From Sphaeroforma arctica JP610 (taxonomy: Eukaryota): a stretch of 35,369 nt of DNA. Under the pieces are notes generated by a model. That model was not told the DNA's origin. It made no database searches and saw only the letters and a program-made list of their open reading frames with translations. Where the stretch lies: positions 25,652-61,020 of the forward strand of contig NW_014040463.1 in assembly GCF_001186125.1 (NCBI RefSeq), written 5' to 3'. Positions 1-11,000 of the stretch are shown here, piece after piece (the stretch's first letter is position 1; every line of letters begins with the position of its first letter). A program made the translations under genes and the position numbers.

Positions 1-1110
1 AGTATGTATAGCCTCCCTTATCCGTTCTCCATATAATGTATTTAATTTCAGAACGATCAAGAGGGGCATTAGAGTCATGTCTTCTTTTAAGTATAATCTC
101 GGTAGTCGGAATCCGACTAGTGCCTATATTTAAAGCACTAGAACCGTCGAGATTATTGACCTCATAGGTTCCACTTTTAGTGTCGGCTACAGAGATAATG
201 TATTGTCCTATCAATTTACGTTGACGAATGTTAACTCTGTTTCCAACCTGATACTCTGCTATCTTTTTGGTAGCATTACATCTATTTTGCCTTTTTAATA
301 AGGTCACATTACGTTTCTCTTGCAAGCAAGGATATACAACGTTGTAATTACGTTGTACCTTCTCTAACCGTGGTAACTCATGGTGATTAGGCTCGTACTT
401 GTTAAAAGGTATTTGTAACTCACTATATCAGCCACGAAAATAGTGAGCGGGTGTTGTACCTGTAACCGGATCCGCACACTTGTTCATCTGTGTTTGTACC
501 CACTTGAGGTGGTACGGCCAATCATCTGTTTCATCCGTTAATACAGTACGTAAGAAGAACTTAAGTCTTCTATGGCGCGTTTCATTCGCGCCTTGTGTTT
601 GCGGTTTATATGGTACACCCCTTTTATGGCACATGCCTGATACGAGTACTAACGATTCCATTACGTCATCGCAGAACTCGCTACCGTTATCAGTCCACAT
701 TATACCCGACCACCCGTGGTCAGCAAAAACTTGGCAACATAATTTTGCCACGGTCTGCGTACTCTTGTCCTTTAAAGGATAGAGCAAGTTATATCGTGAC
801 GCCACATCAAAGAAGTGACATACGCAACGGTCGCCTGTGTCTTCGGACGTAGGCAGGTCAACCAGATCAATGATGACCCTGCGCCATGGAACATTTTGAG
901 TCACACTCTTAAGCGGTGCAAACCCATAGCGCTTAATTTGGTTGAGATCACAGTCTGTACATGACTGATATACTCTGTCAACTAAAGTTGCCAGCTTAGG
1001 GTGCGCGATCCCATTTCGCTTAGCACCTTTCAGTGCGTCTACTACGTTCTGGTGCTTCAGCTTATGGTTTTGCGTCAGCCAAGCAAGAATGTTTTTATCA
1101 TTCTGCTCCT
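1..1110 (-). pseudogene. DDE (rve) integrase with HHCC zinc finger and C-terminal extension
   Basis: HKLKH..CTDC; PWRRVIIDLVDLP; FFDVASRY; WTDNGSEF; PYKPQTQGANETRHRRLK; the frame stays open past the TGA at 428-430 to the window edge. Confidence 0.93.
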
Positions 1111-1524
1111 CCAGAATAAAGGTAGGGTGTTAAGAATACACTTGCGTGGTCTTTAAGTCTGTAGTGTTTCCAGACTCCTGTCCTGTTTTCGCATGAGTGT
1201 CAAAAGTGCGCTCATGTGCGTTAGATACACCTGATTTATTAAATAGTCGCATTATATGTGTATACGCTTCAGGATTGTCTTTCATTAATCCCTTTAAGAA
1301 TAGGTGTTGAAAGACCTCGGGCTTGGACTTTATGTTATTAAACAGAGTCCTAGCTAGAGACTGACGCTTCTTAACAGTGTCATTAGTAGATTGTATTTAT
1401 TGTGCACAGACTTCAAGTGCTGTGTTGCCTTTGAGCTGCTTAACGTTCAATTTAGTAGAGCGGAATCTCTGATTCTTGGACCTTGTTAAGGAAGGTCTCA
1501 GAAGCAGCCCATTTGGTCGTTCCA

Positions 1525-1925
1525 AATGGGACCTATACGACATATTATAGTATGTCTCCAGGGTGTCTTCTGGACGGCTCGGGTACCCTGATATAGGAAA
1601 GTATCTACTTCCCTATCTAAATATATTGGCTCGCATTGTATCATGCATGTTAATGTATTGAGCCATGGATCTTTACTCCGTAACGGGCAACACAACGTGA
1701 TGGTAACATTGTGTATATGAACATAATTTAGTAATTGGGCAAATAACTGAGATTAGCCCATGCTTTATGTTCGGAGAGGTCTAGTTGAAAGGCATCTCCT
1801 AAAGGATGATTTAAAGTCCTGTAACTCTTAAGTTGTGCATTATGATGTGCAGCAGACATGTCAACTGTATGTGGCCCAAATATCTTTTGAGCCAGTTCAA
1901 ACCACCTGGGGTTACATTTCCAATC
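1525..1925 (-). pseudogene. DIRS-type (Dam-like) N6-adenine DNA methyltransferase domain, frameshifted at the NPPx motif
   Basis: DWKCNPRWFELAQKIFGPHTVDMSAAHHNAQLKSY..DAFQLDLSEHKAWAN, then in the shifted frame QLFAQLLNYVHIHNVTITLCCPLRSKDPWLNTL..PIYL..TF..PW. This follows the known DIRS MT pattern (GPHTVDLFA..NAQL..DAF..WANPPF..TLIVP.W...PW). Confidence 0.82.
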
Positions 1926-1969
1926 AGTGGCTAGTAACTCACGTACAGATTTATTAAAGTCCGGTACAT

Positions 1970-3095
1970 AGCGTGATAACATATCCGGTAGATAAATATG
2001 TATCCTTGGTAGATGTTTGATATCAAAATGAAACTTTAATATTGTATCATGCCATCGGCTCAGTAATTGAGAGTCTGGCTTCATTTCCTTCATATATTGA
2101 AGGAACTTCTGATCACACATCAGCGTAAAAGCTGTTCCGTATAAGTAATCGCGGAAATGTGTTAAAGCTACTACTATTGCTAGTAGCTCTTACTTCACAG
2201 TTGGATATTTCAACTGTGATGCATTCATTGCTCGGCTAAAGAATTGTATATACCTAGGTCTATTATTTATAACCTGGTATAGTACACCTCCGAGTGCTAA
2301 GTCTGATGCGTCCGTTGCTATTTCAAAAGGCACGCCATCGACTGGTCCTTGTACAACAGGGGCTTGTTGGACTGCGTGCTTGAGCGCTTTAAATGCGTCA
2401 TCACACTCTTTAGTCCACAAGTATCCTAATTTGCCTTTATGACATCTTAAGTGTCCAAAGGGTATAAGGTAATCAGCCAAGTGTGATACGAAGTTTATAA
2501 ACCCACACATGCTGTTCACATCTCTTCCTGTAGTTGGTGTTCGCCAATCTAACAGGTGTTCCACCTTACCGGGGTCGATTATAATACCTTCCCCAGATAT
2601 ACTATAGCCTAAGAGCTGTATTTCGCTTATGGCGAAGTGACATTTCTTCTCGTTAATATTAAAGTTTTGTTCGTTGAGTCTTTGAAGGACTCGCCTGACT
2701 AATGCGGCATGTTCGCCCTTAGTCTTAGAAAAGATGACTATGTCATCTATATAGACTTGCACGTTAGGCATGTCTGCAAACATTTCCTCCATTACTTGTT
2801 GGAAGAATGCTGGTAAAGAGTGCAACCCGAAAGGTGCACCTCTAAACCTGTATTGTTTACCTTTCCAGGTAAAACTAAAGTACTTACGATGGGGTTCATA
2901 AATTTGCATTTGATGATACCCCTGTGTTAGGTCTATGGATGTAAACACAGTAGCACCTCCCATTCGTCTCAGTAACTCGTTTATACGAGGGAGATGGAAA
3001 CTATGAGTCAGCCATAACTTATCTATTGGACTCATATCTAGACATACTCTCACTTTCTTAAATGTTCCGTCAGAGATGTGTTGATCAACTGCCAA
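1970..3095 (-). pseudogene. Reverse transcriptase and RNase H
   Basis: RVCLDM, FTSIDLTQGYHQ, APFGL, YIDD, KCHF, LLGY, TDASD; YPTVK*ELLAIVVALTHFRDYLYG..MCDQ..LSRW..LPDMLSR reads through the stop at 2190-2192. Confidence 0.95.
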
Positions 3096-3582
3096 TAATG
3101 CTGTTAACTGGCGTTTGTTGATAATTGATTTCGATTACCCCATCGGATAACCATTTCTCAACTTGTTCTTTAACTATAGCTTCGTGTCTCCAAGAAACAT
3201 AGTTTCTTGAAGGGCATTTGAGCATAGTAAAGTCTACCTTGGTTAAGTCAAGGCTGACATATCCGTCGTTAAAACGGAATTTTGCCCAATCTGTGATCTT
3301 TATCTTCTTATTTACTTGAATCAGATCCATGATTTTGTCCGCAAAGTCAGGTATTAATGCCTTGACTGTGTCTGACGGGGGCTGATATGGTTTCAGACAG
3401 TTATCGCCTGATTGATCCTTTAATGGAACTATGTTATTTGGTAAACCAGTTACGGATATACCTAAAATAAGTAAATCACGCATTCCGACTATTAAGTCGT
3501 ACTTCTGTGACATCTTAACTATCACAGCTTGGGTAGTGATATTTCTATCATTGGCCAGGGAGATTTTAACATCTGTGGCCAC
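3085..3582 (-). pseudogene. Aspartic protease C-terminal half plus start of RT
   Basis: ORF contains ISLAND..YDLIVGMRDL (protease) and IVKEQVEKWLSDGVIE..PVNS (RT N-terminus). The catalytic DTG/DSG half is not found upstream. A frameshift joins it to the 2190-3095 frame. Confidence 0.75.
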
Positions 3583-3889
3583 GAAATCGATAATAGCAAA
3601 TCAAAAGAATTTGAGTGTTTCAGTTGTGATCATCGTTATAGCGGTCAATGTTTCAATGTCAACATTTTTTCAATGGCGGGCGAATTACTACCCGCCAAAA
3701 TTTGGGACAATTTTAGCAGAACGACTGTCATCTGAGTACCTGTCAAATGCACCTTTCATATAAGAAAGGATACTACATAGATATATAAGTTACAACTTTA
3801 ATGTTAACTCGAGGCTTAATGAAAGTTGCAACTCATAATAACGTATTGAGCTTAGCCGGGCGGGGCGGGTCGGGGGCCCCGGGCCGCCC

Positions 3890-4303
3890 TTGAGAATCAC
3901 CGATACTTTAAAATAAATAAATCGGAGTGTATCGGTGAATTTTACCGATACCATCGGTCTGAATCACCGATAATCGGAGTGTATCCGTCAATTGTACCAT
4001 ATCATCGTCCTGAATCACCGATACCATTATTTTAAAATCGGAGTGTATCGGGTCAATTTTACCGATACCTGATAAACACCGATACTTTACCGATACCTGA
4101 TAAACACCGATACTCTACCGATACTCGAAATTCGGCAACAAAATCGGTATTTGGGCCAAAATTTTAACCCCGAATCGATACCCCGATACTTTCTATTAGC
4201 GAAAAATATCGATATCCCGATACCCGTTACTGGGTATCGGTCCCGATTTATATCGATTTTCCGATACTGTCCGATACCGATACTTACCGATAGCCAAACG
4301 CTA
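3890..4303. mobile_element. Probable terminus of a hAT-like DNA transposon: terminal sequence plus subterminal CCGATA/TATCGG array
   Basis: Roughly 18-20 CCGATA/TATCGG-type motifs in both orientations, with internal direct repeats, stop abruptly at ...CCGATAGCCAAACGCTA (4303). Read inward this is TAGCGTTTGGCTATCGG, and hAT ends often begin (C/T)AG. The partner end is not seen. Confidence 0.6.
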
Positions 4304-4478
4304 ATGTGATGAGCCGGGATACAGATACAACACATTGGTTATGCCATAGTTGTGATTGGTATGATATGTCCAGAGTCCAACCTCGAAAGTACATAAACGC
4401 CGAATGTGGTCATGATAGTCAGTAAAACAACATCTTGCATCATTATCTCTGCCGGAAGATTTTCTACCCGCAACAACC

Positions 4479-6374
4479 TCATTCCAAATCAACATTCCTG
4501 ACCCAAACGGCAAGCATATTCGACCCCGTAACACCACACACATACTTCTCCGACGGAGAAATGGCTATGCACCGCAGAGGCATTCTTAGACCCGGATTGT
4601 CGTATTGCAATACCTAACACGAGTATAGGAAAGGAACAAATTAGAAACCGCCTACCACAGGGGACTCAAAGTGTTGCATCATATTTTGGTAAATATGTGC
4701 AAATTTTCACGTTATGAACGTATACTGGGTCATGTGTCATGGTTTCAGAAACATAATACACCAAACCATTTCTCAATTTTACGAGAACATGTTTTATCTT
4801 GTTTAAACAATCACAGGTCACAAGATTTAACGGTGTTTGATTGGAGTACACAAGGAAGGGCAAATGAACGATCGGGAAAAAACGAATCTGTAATTGATCT
4901 GAACCCTCCCCCCCCATAAAAAGTTTTCTTTAGACCCCATCTTACCAGACAGTACTGCGTGAAATGTAGTCACCCATGCCATTCGAGGCTGCCGCGAACG
5001 CAACACATCACGTTCCGTACATCTTTATACGGACAACGCATTATTCACTTTAGGCGCATTGTAAAGGTTAGACAATACTATGTATGTTCATTAAATATAC
5101 ACCTACACCTGACGTACAACTACTTGTTTTACCCATCTGTCAATATACATATACTATATTCAAACATAGATTTCCTAAGTGTTTACAAACGTTGTGAATG
5201 TACGCAGTTGTAGTGGGCACAGTTTAAATCTACTCAACTAACAAATAACTTGTGCATAGCCAAAAAGAAACGGGTGATACTAGTGTGATACTACATACTT
5301 GGCAAGGAGGTATCGCAAGGTAAGGACGCAGTTTGCTGGCCATGTCGTAGATTTTGAGCTTGCCATCCATATCGCCAGAAATCAAGGTTGATCCATCTTA
5401 CGTAAGCAGTTTGAAAATGTAGAATGACACAGGCCAAGTAATAGCGGTATAAATACTAGGTAAGTCAATAGAACAATACATAAGAAATGTTCTCATTAGA
5501 AACTTCGATTCCTGCAATCACATCAGTCATCTCTGCAATCTTGCAGTTGAACGAGTGCCTATTAACTGTTGCATTGTACATATTCAAGAGAACCAAGCCC
5601 TGATGGCGAATACCACCTCGAAGAGTAGCACGCACATGAGAGTACTAAATAATGGGTAAAGCACGAAGAGACAAACATAGCTACATGGTCGCACACAAAT
5701 CTGCACGTCCACTGTAAGCTCAAAAGCACACTGCGCACAGCTTACCATCAGTCACGGCGGCTTTGTAGAAAAATTTGTGCGATAGCGAGTGGTTAAGTAT
5801 GCCATGAATGTGATCTCGTTTCTTGACCGCACGTGCATCGGTGGCTACCACATGGTCCCACAGCACAATGCGACCATCATGTGCACTCTTAGAGGCTGTT
5901 GACAAGGAGTAGGAGAATGAATTAAACATCGTCATTGTATTTGTACTGTACGAATGTATGAAGATGTGTGCGTGCATGAATTGAATATAGTTTTTATTGT
6001 AATTATTTCAGCAGGTTGAAAACCATCATGTGGGTTTATGATAGAGCTAAAAGAGTAGACAAAAATATATTTGACGAATGCGGTTTAGGAGTTCGTAAAA
6101 CTGGCAAAATCAGAGGACATTGGCGATCTGCAGTCAGACAACTCTTCTACCTTCCGTATGAAATAATCAACAATTGACAAAGAGCTAGTAACATATCACA
6201 AGCGAGAAGATGAAATAGTGGGGCACCTCTATTGCCGGTTCGACACTATTTTATGCTTTGTGAAAAACTCATTTGTGAAGTACTGTATACGACGGGATTT
6301 AGTAGATCCGAGTACGAAGAGAACCACCGTTAAGGCCGCACAACTGCACACAGACCAGACTTATATATATATAT

Positions 6375-6444
<70 letters not shown>

Positions 6445-7908
6445 CAACAGTATATATGAGAATTAACGCTCATACCGGCGTAACGTACCTACGTGGTTGT
6501 TCTTGACGTACAGAATCTGATCAATCGGACATGCTCTGTGCACCGAATCCTCAGCGTAGAGATACACCTCACTCGACGAAAAGCGATCATCTGCATACAC
6601 GAAATATACGAGAAAAACGAAAAGTGTCAAAGTGCGGTGGCCGTGTGTGCACGTGTTTATAACACAGAACAACGGTTGATAGCGTGAGAACATTTATATG
6701 CGCGGCTATTGATGAGACACGACAGATGTGTTCAATTACACCCCCAGTAAATCTAGCTCAAAATAAACCAAGGGAGACATAGTTGTTGCAAGTGGAGATA
6801 AAGGTCAATTCCAAGACCGAATAGACGAGATCACGTTTGGTCCATAGTAGCATTCTTGTCAAGTATTAGGCATCTAGTATAAGTATGACAATCATACATA
6901 TATACTTCAAAGTGCAACACACACAACCATTATAGATAAAATCAAACGCGCTTCGAGGAATCACGAACACGATCTCAACACGAACTCGTGTCACAAAATG
7001 GTAAGCACACTGGAGAAAGCAAAATGTACATCACATAAGCTAGGCACTGTGCAGAGTTACACACTACAGCAAACCATTCCATTCACAAACCAAAAGAGCA
7101 CATATGAATGCAAGGTGTCACCCTTGTTACTATGAGCAGTCAAGCACGCACATAACAAAGCAGCGAATCCAGACTGCAAGCCTTTCAAGGCGTATAACAC
7201 CCAAGTACCAATCGTTACGCACACATCCAAAACAAACATCATTCATCAAGTGTGCATAAACTTCAACTTCACCTGTTTTCACGAAGGATAGACATACCTG
7301 AATCACTGGGGGATAATTTGCTGCGCTTGGCCGGCCTGCCTCCCTGATCGTTGTCGTCTATACGCCACTTAGCGAGATACCCTAAGATTTATAATCAACA
7401 TGAGATAAGACATTGGATACGATCACAGGATGGATAGAAACTCTTAAGGCCAATTGGACAAATATACAGCTATGTGTATGTATAGTTACTCGCAGCCAGA
7501 TGAACCGAAATACCATATTCTGCGAGTCTCATAAACGATCGGTTATATACACACACAGATACTCATCAACATACCTTCATCCCCGCCAACAATGATAAAG
7601 GTAGAGGTCTGACTCATGCGCTCAAACGGCGGCATACAGACAGTGTATACTTTTTGCGGCAGCATTATACGACACAACCGCACAGACTCCATTGCTTCGC
7701 TCTCGCCCGGAATCGCAGGGGCACCAATTTGCCACAGATCGATCTGGTTCTCCCCTCCAACTAGGTATGTGCGTGAAAAGAAATAGTTGGCGGCAAAGAA
7801 ATCAGAATTCATTCTTTTGGGAGGAGAGTTTGGCGCATCGACGAGGTTATAAAGGAACTTAGTGTTACTTATTCGCTGCTATGGCCAGACAAAGTTGAAC
7901 TCACAATT

Positions 7909-7947
<39 letters not shown>

Positions 7948-7967
7948 GTATATATACATACATACAT

Positions 7968-8015
<48 letters not shown>

Positions 8016-11000
8016 CCATATTGTATGTAAGGGCCATAGGGAAGGGCGGCGAATAGCACGCGTCCAATGTGCCAGTAAACGAACACTCTACACATCAGAG
8101 AGCTCCGGGCGGAACAAGGGGCGGAACAAGCACAGATGGATTTTGGGCTATCATAGAACTAACCGATACTTGCAAAAGTTAGGACATAGATAAATCTTAA
8201 ACTCACTTGCGTGTATATCTATGTGCCAAGCTACCACAAAGGGAGCATTTTGAGCACTATATAATACTACAGGATAGGAAAACGCTATATCAGAGATTGC
8301 CAACACACGGTATAAAAGTGTCGCAACGTGTGTAGCGGGCAACAAAGTCATGTGTATTTGTACCTATTAACCAGTTCTTCTTGTCGGGATGTGCTTCTAG
8401 ACAGACGACCTTTTCCCCATTGCCCTGTGAAATCGTGGCAGAAAAAAGGGAAATTAAACTATAATACATAATTTATTTCGAAAGGTTAGAACGATAAATC
8501 AGCTTGTACATTTCACGAAAGTAACAAAGTACTTAACATACAGTGAGAAGATCGAAGGCCTTGCGCGTCCACGGATCGACTAGGCGCACGTTGCCTGACT
8601 TTCCAGCTACCGCTAACACATGCAAGCCCGCACTACTCTTGTAACCAAGATTAGCACTTCTTCCATCCTGATATGTTGAATGGGAGTTTTTTGGGAACGA
8701 AATTCGGTAAATTTGGGTCAGAAGTCGAGTTATAGGGGGAACATTTAGGTGGCGTGGGCTTTGTGCGCACAAAGGATGCTGTATTAGGGTATGACTAGTA
8801 GACTCTGTTCAGAAATCCTAACATCAAAATGAGAGCAACAAAACTAGGAACAATTTACGTAGATATGTGCGTGATAGTTGAAGTGTGACCTCATACAAAA
8901 TGTATAGAACATGTTTAGGACACATCCGCAGGTCTAAGAATGCTCGCAAAAGCCTCGTACGGCCTCGCACAATTGTACCACAGAAATTCATGATCCATTC
9001 GATGACTCATTTGCGCCACTGAATTTTGTGTACAAAATGATATTCGCCCTTCTACAACCTATAATACACTCTATAATTCCTATTCATAAAATATGTTATT
9101 GAGGGTCTTATGAGCAGTGATTCATGATACCGCTATTATCATCCTGCGGCTCAATCATTTGCCACATAATGTCTAATGAATCTTTTTTAGCGCTCGATGC
9201 TGTGAGTTGAGTCAACGATTTGCAAAATGATGCACAAAGATGGCTAGATCTAGTAAACAAAATTTTATTTATACTTTAAATGTATATGAATACATATCTG
9301 CATACATAATACCTACCTGAAGCCAAGTGAGAGCGGTCAATTGGTCGCCGACATCTGACAGCTTGAACAGCACTGAGATTGTAGCAATGTTTGTCACGCA
9401 CAGTGTATGACCCCCACAACTGGCTACCACATTGTCCGCAACTGAGCACAAAAGGGATACAATAATTAGAATCCCAAGTGTTGCAGACAGAGAAAGAATC
9501 AACATAGCTAGCTTGGACCAGGTTCTGGTAAAAACTAAGAATGTGGTGCAAAGTGATCACAGCAATGTTCATGACTGTAAGTTTGGTACGATTGAAGTTG
9601 GGGCTAGTCCGAGGCATGGCTGCATCGGTTATATACACATATGGTAATACTACATGTTCTATAGTATAGGTTTAAACATACGCATATCACTACACACATA
9701 TATGAATTCTGTTGAATCAGGATACAACAAGCGGCTGTACTCATGCTTACAGATACATTCGTAGTGTAGCGTGCGTATGTGGATCTTGGATGATGAGACT
9801 CTTCGCGGGAAATGAACGCAGAACGATATTTTGAATCCATTTAAGTGCATGCTTGTGCTATAAAATATCACCCTGATTGTCAATCAGTTAAGATTCGATT
9901 ATTATCATTGCTTTCACATTTTGTTCATTTTGCAAGCTACAAATTGTGATGCCGTGCACATTCACACATACACCAGCGATGCGCTTAAGGAACCAGTAAG
10001 AGACAAATCAAACACCAATACATACATACTCATGGAAGCAGACAGACACGCATCTCCCCCCCCCTACACACTACTTACTTCGTTGATCCTCCACATGAGG
10101 ATGGAAGGCACACGCCCACACCTCTGTACCATCGTCCCGTTCTTTGTTCTTGCCCTTGGGATCCGAATGAATGCGTAAGAGCGCCTCCATCTTCAGACCG
10201 TGTTTGAAAGAGTCGATGGCCAAAGGGGTGGCACTTGCGGCGCGTGACTTGACCTCTGCGAGGCGACGTTTCTCATCATCTGTGCCAGGAAGATATTCGA
10301 TAGGCGTTTAGTCATTTCCTGGCTTCTGTGGTAACAACATAATTACGGGTGCTCGTATTGCGAAATGGTGCTAATGCGATGAACTCGAAGCACACATACT
10401 CGATCGAAAATGTGCGGAAACAGTGCGCCGAAGGATTGTTCAACAGGGACACGCACCAAACCAAAAGAAGACCTACTAGTTACCGATAAATATCACGAGA
10501 ATAGAATGCACCAAGACGATGATCTCAAGAATACATACTTGATATAAAGCCACACGATACTGCGTGCAAGATGGCCACTTCAAACAGACATACTTGAGAC
10601 AAAGACACAGTACGGACACAGCCAGTCGGCCTCGGGAATGGCATCCAGCACCACATCGCCACACCAGATGTGGTAGAAATCATCGCAACCATCGCACATC
10701 AGGCTGTGGCAGAAAAGGGGATACATGTAAAAAAGAATATATATCCAAAAGATAATACGATTGTAAAAGGGTGAGGGAAACAGGCTAAAGTATATTGAAA
10801 ATAAATATTCAGGAGTGCGCTAAGGGATGTGCAGTAGTGGAAGGAGGACACGCGCACACATATGTGAAATATTTGTAAGTGGAAGGAAAGCATAGGTGTA
10901 CCAATGTGCGAGGATATGGGTGAGAGTGTGCAGGACGTATGAGAATGTGTCCATAATATGCGATAAAGCTGGCATGTACCTACCTGGTGAGCATTTCTAT

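Larger units (their letters stand above)
1..3600 (-). mobile_element. Degenerate Ty3/Gypsy-type LTR retrotransposon pol region (PR-RT-RH-MTase-INT); runs off the left edge, gag and 5' LTR not seen
   Basis: Minus-strand translation gives a protease C-terminal half (YDLIVGMRDL), RT (IDLTQGYHQ, PFGL, YIDDIVIFS), RNase H (TDASD..LGGVL, ELLAIV), an HHCC finger (H 1066, H 1054, C 961, C 952) and a DDE core (IID / TDNG / GANE). Integrase after RNase H is the Gypsy order. Frameshifts near 3095, 1750 and ~1500; in-frame stops at 2190-2192, 428-430 and in the 1130-1400 linker. Confidence 0.93.

Noticed and set aside
1..3600. Calling the element a DIRS retrotransposon because of the MT domain
   Set aside because: It has a protease remnant and an HHCC/DDE integrase, and no tyrosine recombinase is visible.
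3674..3700. TGGCGGG as the retroelement primer-binding site
   Set aside because: No LTR ending in CA directly before it, no gag after it, and no tRNA 3' end I can match.
3890..4303. CCGATA array as CRISPR or replication iterons; ORF 4087-4335 as a gene
   Set aside because: Short motifs in both orientations with irregular spacing fit a transposon subterminal region; the ORF is a by-product of the repeat.
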